DNA of 64,000 nucleotides from Somniosus microcephalus (taxonomy: Eukaryota): positions 38,316,001 to 38,380,000 of the forward strand of contig CM126204.1 of the NCBI GenBank assembly GCA_052327205.1. Direction: 5' to 3'. Shown piece by piece: positions 40,201 to 52,200 of the stretch. The notes below the pieces were generated by a model. The model was not told where the DNA came from. It ran no database searches and was given only the letters and a program-made list of their open reading frames with translations. The position numbers and the translations under genes are program-made. Numbering within the stretch: position 1 is the first letter of the stretch; the number at the start of each line of letters is the position of its first letter.

Positions 40201-43200
40201 CAAAAAAAAAAAAAGTTTCTCCTGCTCGGTCCTAAATCTCATAGCTCTATTCTTATATTTTTGCTCCCTTACTCTAGATAATTCAACCATTGAAAACAGC
40301 CTGTTTCTACCTTGTAGCATCCGTTCATATCACCCTATAATCTTATTTTGGATTTCCAGTAGTAGTATTTTGCTTTTGTCACTTATAATCTCTGTTCTGA
40401 AGAAAACAGCTGTAATTTTTCAAGTAATTTCTTCATATTTGTATGTCCTCATTCCAAGCAGCATCCTGGTGACTTTGCGCTATACCCTCTGTTTCCTCAA
40501 CATAGAAGATAGGAGCAGGAGTAGGCCATTCAGCCTCTCGAGTCTGCTCCGCCATTCAATGAGATCATGGCTGATCATCCAAATTCAGTACCCTGTCCCT
40601 GCTTTCTCCCCATAGCCTTAAGAAATATATCTAACTCCTTCTTGAATATATTTAATGAATTGGCCTCAACTGCCTTGTGTGGTAGAGAATTCCACAGGTT
40701 CACCACTCTCTGGGTGAAGAAATTCCTCCTCATCTCTGTCCTAAATGGCTTACCTCTTATCTTTAGACTGTGGCCCCTGGTTCTGGACTTCCTCACCATT
40801 GGGAACATCCTTCCTGCATCTAGTCTGTATAGTCCTGTTAGAATTTTACAATTTTCAATGAGATCCCCTCTCATTCTTCTAAGCTCCAGCAAATATAAGC
40901 CCAATCGACCCAATCTCTCCTCATAAGTCATTCCTGCCATCCTAGGTATCAGCCTGGTGAATCTTCGCTGCACTCCCTCCATGGCAAGAACATCCTTCCT
41001 CAGATAAGGTGACCAAACCTGCACACAATACTCAAGGTGTGGTCTCACCAAGGCCCTGTACAACTGCAGCAAGACATCCTTGCTCCTGTACTCGAATCCT
41101 CTCACTACGAAGGCCAACATACCATTTGCCTTCTTAACCGCCTGCTGCACCTGCATGCTTACCTTCAGCGACTGGTGCACAAGGACACCCGGGTCTCGTT
41201 GCACTTCCCCATCTCCCAATTTATCGCCATTCAGATAATAATCTGCCTTCCTGTTTTTGCCACCAAAGTGGATAACCTCGCATTTATCCACATTATACTG
41301 CATCTGCCCAATCACCCAACCTGTCCAAATCATACTGGAGTTTCAACATCCTTCCTATAGTGCGGAGCCCAAAACTGCACACAGGAAGACCCCAGTTAGA
41401 GTACTAAGGCTTTATGCAGAGTCACCATTGCATTCAACGTTTATGTTCTATGCCTCTGGTTATAAAACCTAGTATCCCATTAGCTTTTTAAAAAAAAAAT
41501 GGCCTTATCCATTTAAGGTGCTGCTTTTAATATCTTGTGTACCTGAATCCCTCTGCTCTTGCACATCACCTGACCTCCAAAGCTTTCATTACTTTTATTT
41601 CTTTAAACCAAAATTTACCAGCTCACATTTACGGACACTGAATTCCATCTGCCACTTTTTGTTCATGCCACCATTTTATCAAGATCCCCTTGCAATTTCC
41701 TTTGTTCCTGAATCATTTATTTAAATTCCTAGTCATGGACTCCTCAGCAACCAAAGCTGATCACTTTTAATGAATTTAGGCTCCACCTCGACATAGACTT
41801 CCCATCAAAGTCCAAGTTTAAAAAAAAAAATGGAAATACCTACCTATTATCATTGCCATAGCATTGCTATTGCACTGGCCCAAAGCTGAAAGAATCTGAC
41901 TCATGATTTGCTGATTTCCCAGTACCAAATCAGCAATACAAGTTGTTGCGCCCTGTGTAAAGGAGGCGCTTGCGTTCCCATCTTTACTGCCGGAGACCTT
42001 TTCCTCATCAGACACGCTGTCCGAGGCACTGCTGGCAACGGGCATCCTGGCACTGTACTCTCGGTTACTCGAAAGGGGCAACTGCACCAAAATGTTAACC
42101 AGCTTCAGCAGATCAAACATGAGCTGATCCCTTGTCGTCTCCCCACATACGGCTTTCACATCACCTGGACGGATGATATTTGCAAACAGTCCACCGAAAC
42201 AAGCACGGGCACCAACCGAATTGTCAGAGCCACTTCGAGATATAACCTTGTCCGAGCAGGTAATGTAATGGTGCACCAAGAAAGTCACCGATTCGATGAC
42301 CGCAGAGATTGCGCTGACAGAAACAGACTCAAAGTTTTGCTCCAGTGTAAACTCCAGGAGTTTTACTTGCGCATCCAGCGGTCCTTGCCCGGTTTGGAAC
42401 GGGCCTCTGGAGAACATGTAAAGTTAAAAAAATATACATATTTTACAACTCATGATTTGACAGGATTAAAATTTATCACCAATTGTTATCTAGCAATTTT
42501 TTTTTTTTAAAAAGCAATCGTGCAACAGTTACACAACACTTGAGATGAAAAATCAATGTGTTTTTAATCAAGGTGAAAACATATATAGGAGCAATATGCT
42601 TTCACGTGAATTAGGTCAGTCTTTCTAAACCTACATGGCACTTGCGGCGCTTTCAGCCGGAGATTATTTTTCTTATTTTTTGGATCTTAACGATTGCACA
42701 CTGGATAGTGCTGCAGACAGAAGCATCTACTTTGACAGCTTGGCTAGGTAGTAGTACTCTCTCCACCGAGTAAGAGGATTTGAGAGTTCAAGCCCCTCCA
42801 GAGACTTGAGCACATAATCTAGGCTGACACTTAAGTGCTGCACTGTTGGAGGGGGTCATCTTTCAGGTCAGTCATGAAACTGAGGGCCCATCTGCCGATT
42901 CAGGTGGACATGAAAGATTCTGTGGCGTTATTCAAAGAGCAGGGTAATCTGGCCAATATTTATCCCACAACCAAAAGTAACTGGTCTCCCCTCCCTATCT
43001 CGGTCATCTCCTCCAGCCCTACAAGCCTCCGTGATCTCTGCTCTCCTCCAATTCTGCCCTCTTGTGCATCACCAATTTTAAATCGCTCCACCACCGTGCC
43101 TTCAGCTGTCCAGGCCCCAAGCTCTGGAATTCCCTCCCTCAACCTCTCCAGTTCTCTTTCCTCCTTTAAGATGCTCCTTAAAGCCTACCTCTTTCCTGAC

Positions 43201-46200
43201 CGAATACCTCATGTGGCTCGGTGTCAAATTTTGTTTGATAATGCTCCTGTGAAGCGCCTTAGGACATTTTACTAAGTCAAAGGCGCTATATAAATGCAAG
43301 TTCTTGTTACATTATCTCCGTGCTGTTGGTGGGTCCTTGCTCAGCACAAATTACTGCGTTTGCCTCTAACACACCAGTGACTCCACTTCAGAAACAAACT
43401 CATTGGCTGTGACACGCTTTGGAATGTTCTGAGATACATTAATATAAAAGGGCAAGTTCTTTCTTTCTTGGGCTTGGCAGAAGAAAGAGCAGCAGAGAGT
43501 AGTGAAATATTGTCTAATCATTTAAAGATTCAAATTCATATTAACTAAAAGGACAATTTGAAGAGCAGGTAACATTTTACTCAATTTAGACTCAAATTCT
43601 AAATTCATACCTCCCAATAATGCCGCCCCCCCCCCCACCTCAAGAATCCACCTCTAATATCGGACTGCCATTCCTTGGCCCGCCTAGTTAGTGTCTGTAC
43701 CATCAATCCCCAGCCTGTCTGCTGCCATTTATCCATTTATCAGTTACTGGAATCCAGCGTTGCTTCCTTTTGAGTAGCAAACATTGAGGAAACACTAACG
43801 GTAAGGCTAACCCAGGCTCCACAATACAAGTAGAAAGGCTACATTAACTATAGTGAGGCCAGTTTAGAAGCGGAGACAGCTATGACTCATAGTATCATTC
43901 CCTTGCTTTTTCTCCCTCAACAGGAACCATCGCCAAGTCCCTGCACCAGCAACAATTGGGGAACTAAATGTGGCACTGCAAGGGAATATAGCTTAATACT
44001 TCTAAAGTATGGTGAAAATAATGCTGTAAAAATAGGAGTAAACTTTTGTCAGGTATTATCATACAAAATTATCCACTGTATTTCAGTACACTGGGGAAAC
44101 ATTTCAAATCACTAAGTGAATGTTTAATCACTGCTTTCTGAATAAAGAATTCATTTTAACAAAAATTTCTTTTTGTTATAATAATGTGTCAGCCTTGGCT
44201 TAGTGGTGGCACTCTCGCCTAAGTCCGTAGGTTGTGGGTTCAAGTCCCATTACTGTAAAAATTTGAGCACATAAACTAGGCTGACACCCCAGTGCAGTAC
44301 TAAGGGAGTGTTGCACTGTTGGAGGTGCTTTCTTTCGGATGAGACGTTAAACATCCTCTCGGGTGGATGTAAAAAGTCCCATGCACTATTTGAAAAATGG
44401 GGGAGTTCTCTCCTACATCCTGGCCAGTATTTATCCCTCAACCAACATCACTACAACAGATTATCTGGTCATTTATCACATTGTTGTTTTTGGGTCTTAG
44501 CTGTGCGCAAATTAACTGTTGCATTTCCTACATTACAACAGTGACTATATTTTCTTTTAAAAAGTACTTAACAGGCTGTATAGCGCTTTGGGACATCCTG
44601 TGGTCGTGAAAGGTGCATTATAAATGCAAGTATGTTCTTTCTTTCTCTAATTTCAACCACAATGGAAAAAGATCCCTTTTTTAAAAACGTTAGCACTAAC
44701 ATGGAGTGTTAAATCCGTCTCATCGCACATTTTTAGAAGTTTCTGTTACCTTTCAGTTGAAAGTATGTGTATAAGCTTTAAAAGGAATTCACTGAACATT
44801 TGAGGATTGGTTGAGGAGAGATGCACTTGGAGTCGAGTGAGAAACTCTTGCATAGCTTGAGTAGCTGTAGGTCCAACCTGAAAGACAAAAAAAAAATGAA
44901 ACCTCTAAATATAATTTGAAACTTGAAACTTGAAATGTAATTTCATTAAATCCCAAAACTGCATCTGCAAAAAAATCACCCTGGTATTGTCAAATTAAAT
45001 TTATGCCATAGATGACGGTCACAGTATGAATGTACCACCGTGTTCAATAGAGACAATTCACTGAATGCTATTACGTACTTCTTTTGCAACTCCAGTCATG
45101 GGAACACCATCACTTCCAAGGACCCCTCCAATTACACACTATTGAGTTGGACATGCATAGTAATTCCTTCATCACTGGGTCAAAATCCTGGTTATCCCAT
45201 CTCACAAAACATAGTGGGAACACCATCAGTAAAAGGACCGTAACAGCTCAAGAAGGTAGTCCACCATCATCTCAGGGCAACTAGGGACGGGCCTCATGGA
45301 CAATAGGAATGCCAATGGCAAACGGTAAAGGGGTGGCGGGGAGGAAATCCAGCCACAGTTCCTTCCCCAGATTGCGTCCAGCAATCTCTGCTGGAAAGTG
45401 AGCTTGTGTGCACATTAGGATCAAGCTTGGTTGTGACATCTTCCACAGCCAAATAACCAGACAACACTCACTACCTTTGCTCACATATGAAGAATGGCAT
45501 TTGTTGGAGGTACCCGTTATTTTACCTCAACAAGGAGTCAATGGTTTCAGGAAGATGGGGAAGGGAGAGAATTGGAGAAACATCAGAGAAAATGGGTGAG
45601 AATGAATACTCCACCCTTTACTTTTGTTCTATCCTGCTCTTCCTTCAATGTTCTCTCCTTGTAGTAAACACCATCTACCAGAAGGAGCTCTTCTGATAAA
45701 CAACCCTCAAATTTGGCAACTTTTTCAAAGAATAAGCTCCGGATGTTCTCCATGGCTTTTTTGATTATTTGAAAGTGAACAACTTGTGTTAACATTTGTG
45801 ACATCTGTATGTCAAACTAATTTTGGGTGTCCACTCAAAATATGGCCAAATACAGGTTTTGTGTCCGAAATAGTTTCAACACTCAACTTGTAGAGGTCAG
45901 ATCTACACTGAAACCAAGCATCCATTACAAGATTTATTCATGCACATTATGACATAAACACTGAGTGAGGGAGGTTGCAAAAACAAGTCTTCAGGGTCAG
46001 AATAGCTGCTGTTCACACCAACTGTGCTGGGCTGATGCAGAGGGAAGCTGTACTACTGCGAAAAGTCAAATCAATAAAAATGTGGGACTTAAATTGTGTG
46101 TAGAGCAAAAAAAAGAAATATCAATCTTTGCCATAAAAGGCACTGCAAGTGAATGTCCTGGATTAACAAACCCAAGAAAACCAGGGCAGTGAAAAGTACT

Positions 46201-49200
46201 TATTTGTTTTCTTCGCCTTCGTATGGCAAATATCGAAAAACTGGGTGAGTTGGAATGCACACCTGTAAAAGGAAAGCAGGCCAGGCAGCATCCGTGGAGA
46301 GAGAAACCGAGTTAACGTTTCAGGTCTGGGACCCTTCATCAGAACAGACCTGAAAACATTAACTCTGTTTCTCTCTCCACGGATGCTGCCTGGCCTGCTG
46401 AGTATTTCCAGCATTTTCTGGTGTTATTTCAGATTTCCAGCATCCGCAGTATTTTGCTATCGTAAAAAGCACGCACCTGGTTTGCCTTCCATTAATTTAA
46501 ATGAAAAGAATATTGGGCGGGTTCCATTACAGGTGTGCACTCTGACCCATCAGATAGCCTGATATCTTCTGTACCCATCTTGGCAATCCAGTGCGCATCT
46601 TGGCACAGACCCAAGAAAATCTTCCCTCGAACCTTGCCAGCTGAATCCGTTGTTTTCAATACTGGCAGCTACAACAGTGCAGCTCTGGCGACACCACCAG
46701 CTCCTAGTGCTGTACTGAAAGCCCCGCAGTATTTACATCTTTTGAATGTAACCTGGTAGTGCAGCAGATTAGCACAAGAATGACGCATGACAAACTGACT
46801 TCCTTACTTAGTTCCACTGGGATGCATAACCAGTACAATGGTTTAAATGGTCCCAACATTACATGGACTGCAGTTAGCCATAGCTAAGTGAAGAGCATTT
46901 ATACTCCAAAAGAGTTCACAAATGTCTTCTTGATTAAATCAACACTCACCTTCACTGAAAATGAGCAGGGATAAAACTGGTCAGTCGGCATCTCAAAGTT
47001 CAAGCCTGCACAAAAAAGGTCATAAAGTCCTCCTTTCGATCTTTTCTACAGACTACTCCCAATGAGTTGAAATATCAGGTGGCAATATTTCCATTCATTG
47101 AAATAAGATTACGGCAACTTTACCTTTTAAAGCTGCAGAGTGCATCATACGGAGTATGAGGGGCTTGTCCTAATCTTGGTGATCTTACATGGACAAACTC
47201 AAACAATTCATTGTTGGATTGCACAATCCAGTATTGTAGCTCATTATGCTTCCTCTGTGCACAGCAGTGTCCCATTGCCTTTCCAAAGTTCTCAATCAGG
47301 CGCTATCACCATCAAAAGAACAAAGGTCCCTCATTCATACAATCAATACCAGCCCACAGACATAACGAAACAAACAATGATTGTAGTGGAGAGGTTGGGA
47401 ACATAAACTCTTGCCTTCACTTTCAATGATAACATTTCAAACAACACAACCCACAATAACTCTGCTGTTGTGAGAAGACACCAAGTAGAGGCCAAGAACC
47501 TCCTCTCCATTGGAGGGAGGAAAGAGTAGTCGGTCATCCCCAAACTAGTCTTGTTTGCCCCTAATCAGCCAACTTCAGAACAGCACTGAAGACAGCCTGG
47601 AAGCAGATCATCTGCCTGAGCTGAAGATCCAAGGGTTAGGGAAGAGAAAGAACTTAAAAGTCTCACAAAGAAAAGGCCATAACATCAGAAAGAATCCAAG
47701 TTAACAGAAATTTAAAAGAAAATTAGACAAACGGGTAGACAAAAATTCAACAATACAGAGAATAAACGAAGGAGCAATTGTCAAATTGCCACTTGAATCC
47801 TCAAACAGATCAGAAATTTAGGTTAAAAATGAAAATGGGAACAATGCATTCTAATAGTTTTTTCAACAAATACATTTCACAAACTGTGATAAATTAAGTA
47901 CCTGTGGGCTGTGTTGACAAGTGCCGTGAGGGCTGGTACCAGAGAAGAATCTCACTAATACGTGAATCATGTTTGGATCGGACACCATCACCTGCGCTGT
48001 GTTTTCTTGCAATACCATACTATTGCTTGGAGCAACTGCAACAGAAATACAGTCTACGATAATGTTGTTGTTGATGTCGTCTTCTTTAAGTGAGGTAAGC
48101 AATTTCTGTACTACAAATGCTACATTTAAGGAACTACAATTACATTGAATTGAACTCTTTGTAAAATTAAAATGGAAATACAGCAAGAATATAAGGCATT
48201 TATTTTACATAATGGTGCAAATGCCCTGTATTTCCCCTTGGTTTAAATTTGAGGTTCATAAATTAAAGTCTATTCTAATTTGCCAAAAAGAAGTGAACAA
48301 TGGGCTAAAACCAACTACGAAAACCCTGGAATGATAAAAATTTCAGGTTCCTATTGGAAAAGATCAAATTAAACTTCCTATCACACTCAGGAGAACATTA
48401 AGATAGTTTCAGTATTTCTTTTGTCCCCCAGTCGGTACACTACACCTCACCTGTACACCGTTAAACACAACACCTCTCTCGCTGGTCAAGCTTTCAACTT
48501 CCGCCACAATTCCTACTGTCATGCCCTTAGTTTCTGCATCTTGCCCCTTCTTTCTTATTGGTCAATCATCCGGTCACTTGCATGCATTCTTTACTTGTTG
48601 CAATCTCTACGCTTTCCTTTACTTCTACAGAATTGGAAACCAAGGGGAAGACCTGGGTCAGAAGACTGGAAGGTTGCCTTTTGCGTGGAGCTACTAATCA
48701 GAAACCCTCCATTCTCTGCCTTAGCTTTCTCCTCCATTCTGCTCAGTTTGTCCCCAGCCCATTTAAGCACCCTTCGCAATTTTCTGTTTAGCGATCGTAT
48801 AGCAGCCGAGGCCACAACTCTCATATCACATTAACGTGGCGTTGTTTTAAAAATCTAAATGTTAATGTACATTTCAGCACTGATGCACAACTTGGGAAAC
48901 ATTTGTTTATCTAAAAATATGCAGCCAGAACTTGCAAGATTCCAGCCACCACTTATTCATAATTTTAATTTCCTCTTGGAACACCCACTTATGCAATGCA
49001 AATGAAGAGAGATTAAGTGATTAAAAGGACAGGTTGACGCCTGAACGGTCAAAGTTAATTTGTAAGTGTTCACAATTACACAAAATTAACAAACACTGAT
49101 TTATTTTAAGGAGTGTAGGTCTTAAATCTTTATAAACAGAACCATATTTTGACACAGCAACAGGCTATTCAGTCTAGCAAGTCTGCACCAGTGTTTTGCT

Positions 49201-52200
49201 CCATCCCCACACCCTTAAATATTTCTTTCTTAAGTGGCTATCAAATTTCCTTTCAAAAGTATTTACAGACTCTGCGTCAACCTCTTTAATCCTTTTTGTG
49301 ATTATGTTAAATTTGTGCCTTCTGCTTACCATCATGCTAACCAGTGGAAATAATCCACCACTATTTGACCTATCATAACCGTCATGATTTTGAAGGCCTC
49401 CATCAGGTCACACCGAACCATCTCAGCACCAACTTCTCAAGTCTTTCTTCACAACACTCATGCTAACACTAATAAATCTGCACTGCACCTTTTTCATTGC
49501 TTTTTATATTCTATGACTGCAGCCTAACTAAGTCTTGTACAAAAGTTCACTGTTACAGCCAAAGGAGAAAGGAACTCAGATTGCAGCTTGTAGGTTTGCA
49601 GTAGCAAAGCTTGCATCAAGAATGTGTACCACACACCTGTAGGTTGGAGAGATGTACAGGAGGCAAGAATAGAATGGATAGCGGAGGCTGTCCATTATTC
49701 AGTTTAGACAGGGTCTTAAAGGGTAGCGAACGAAATCTTGATCCATGGAAATTAAATTACTGAGTTATTTACTCTAACTATTTTGTATTACTTAGAGTAA
49801 GGAGGAGAAATGCCAAACTCAAAGGGAGTACTTACCATTCAGCTGCATGTTTGTCATAAGAGTCAGGCTGTGCAACACAAGGCACCAAGTCCGCAGCGAG
49901 GTGTTCGGGTACCAGGCCAACACCGTTAAGAGGCTGGATATTGAAGCTGCAGTTTCAATGAAAAGACGCATTTTCAGAAAGGCAATCAAAATTTACAGTA
50001 TGCACAAGTTTGCATTTCCAGCAGGAAAGGAATCTCTTTTTAAACTACTTCATCATTTATCTTCAAGTGCATCACATCAGTATGTCAGCAAACACAATTC
50101 AGCAATCTTTAGATATGTTTGAGAAAATGAAGGAAACAGCCCCAACAATGAAGGAAACAGCCCTGACTTTTGATAAAAAGTGGCTCACCTTGGTTTAAGG
50201 GGATTGTTGGTACTCTGCTTGCATTAAATAAAAAAACATCAGCTCCAGCATCTTCATTTCCAACAGAACAAGCATTCATGCTCAATGTAAGCCATAACTG
50301 CAGCAATGATTCCAACTGAAAGAAAATGAAAAACTGCATTAACAAAGGGGGGAAATGAAGAATCACAGACCAAGAACCAAGTGGAATAATTTGGATTCTA
50401 TACCTGAACATGATGAACCTGGAGCATTGAGAACAGTTTGTTGAAACATGCGCTCAGCATAGGAATTGAAGGAGGTGGCACAATCAGCTGACTAGACGAA
50501 TGCAAACCTCTCAGCAAGGAGTCATCAGTTCCAGGAGGAGGCTGAGATACTGGAGTGAGTAAATTAAACACAAGAATAAAGTGAAAAAAAGTTATCTATT
50601 TATAGTAGTCTGTTTTTCCATTAAGACATTGAGAACACCCTAAAACTCAAGACAATCCTCACTTCTCTCTAGCTGAAGTGAAATACAATAGAAAATCAAC
50701 ATCTGCCACTACTGCATAGGCAACTGGGTCACACTGCAGATCGGCAGTGACTACACTTGATTTGATGGCAGATTGCGATTCCTCCACTAATAATTTGCTA
50801 CGTGACTGTTAACATTCACTAAGTCTGGGGTTCTGCTGCATTCAGAGAACTAAAGTGTGAGACAGCCCCCTGGACGGAATCTCGCACGTCAAGGCTTTAG
50901 TGCGCACAGCAGTCTCCAGAGTTATACTGCCACTTCTGTGTTGATGTGCATCCCAAACCACTTTGCAGCAACACATCCCAAAATACAGAGTCTTTTAACA
51001 GCAAGCTACTTAACAAATTACCCAAACAGCAATTTCTAAGACACAGTTTCATGACGTTGCATTAATTGTCTTAGCAACTTATTCAAGAGCGCACTGAAGA
51101 ATTCTTCACACCAAGATGCAAATATCACAAACACTCGGGCATTTTAAGAATGCAGTTATACTGGCACTTTTCCATTGGTGCAAAGCAGTTTCCAGTGCAC
51201 AGGAACGTAAAAGTGCCATGATAACCTGGAGTCAGGTCCTGACCAGACTCCAAGTGCACTAGACCCAAAGCAGTACGAGATACAGCAACTCCCAATCAAG
51301 TGATAAGGTATCTCCTGGAAACTTTCAAAAATGTTCATGCAGCCTTTTTAATGCTAGAGAAAGCAGACACGCTGCAAGCTTGCTCCCACATTAAAAGCTA
51401 GCTACCCAGGAAGAAAGCTCTGCACATGCATCCAAGCATGCACATCGGTGGTTGAACTCAGTGCAACCTGCAGCAATGGACAGCATTACTACAGTCTGCC
51501 AAATGCACATCATTGACACTTCAGAGTCAGATTGATCGCTGCAGCACTAAGACAGGTACCAGGACAACAGCAATATCTAGAACACACCACAAAGCCAGTC
51601 CACTTTGTGCACCAGTTTGCCACCTGTAACAAAGAGATACAACGCCGTTCATACATTGGGCTGAGGTTTGAAGTCTCCACAGTAACAGACGATAACCAGA
51701 ATTAGATATCATTCCAAAAAAAAAGAATGGGTATGGAAGATTTCAGTAGTTTCAATTGGTCAGGAAGTACTTCTTCACACAAAGGGTAGTGGAAATCTGG
51801 AACACACTCTCCCAAAAAGCTGTTGAGGCTATGTCAATTGAAAATGTGAAAACGGAGATTGATAGATTTTTGTTTGGCTAGGGTAAGGAGGGATATGGAA
51901 CCATGGTGGGTAAATGGGGATGAGGCCATGTTCCCTTTAATCTCTGTGGCCACGCAGCGCTCCAGGGATCCCACGCAGCCAGTTTGCCTTTCTTTTTAAT
52001 GCAAAAACCGCGCATGTGCGGTAGTTTGAATGGGCCACGCTGCAGCAAAAAAAATGACAGGGATACATGGTTGAGGTACAGATCAGCCATGATCTAATTG
52101 AATGGCGAATCAGGCTCAAGGAGCTGAATAGCCTACTGCTTTTCTTATGTTCCTATCATTTAGTACTTTGCTCTAGAGATGTGAGCATCTCTCCATCCAT

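Noticed and set aside
41908-42510. 200-aa plus-strand ORF, and similar ORFs at 29227-29663, 33077-33301, 37113-37514
   Set aside because: Antisense shadows of BIRC6 exons; no independent gene signals.
44186-44260. tRNA gene
   Set aside because: The A and B boxes belong to a SINE head that continues into the SINE body; no complete cloverleaf.
50126-50163. 17-bp direct repeat aatgaaggaaacagccc, two copies
   Set aside because: Simple local tandem duplication; only two units, not an array.
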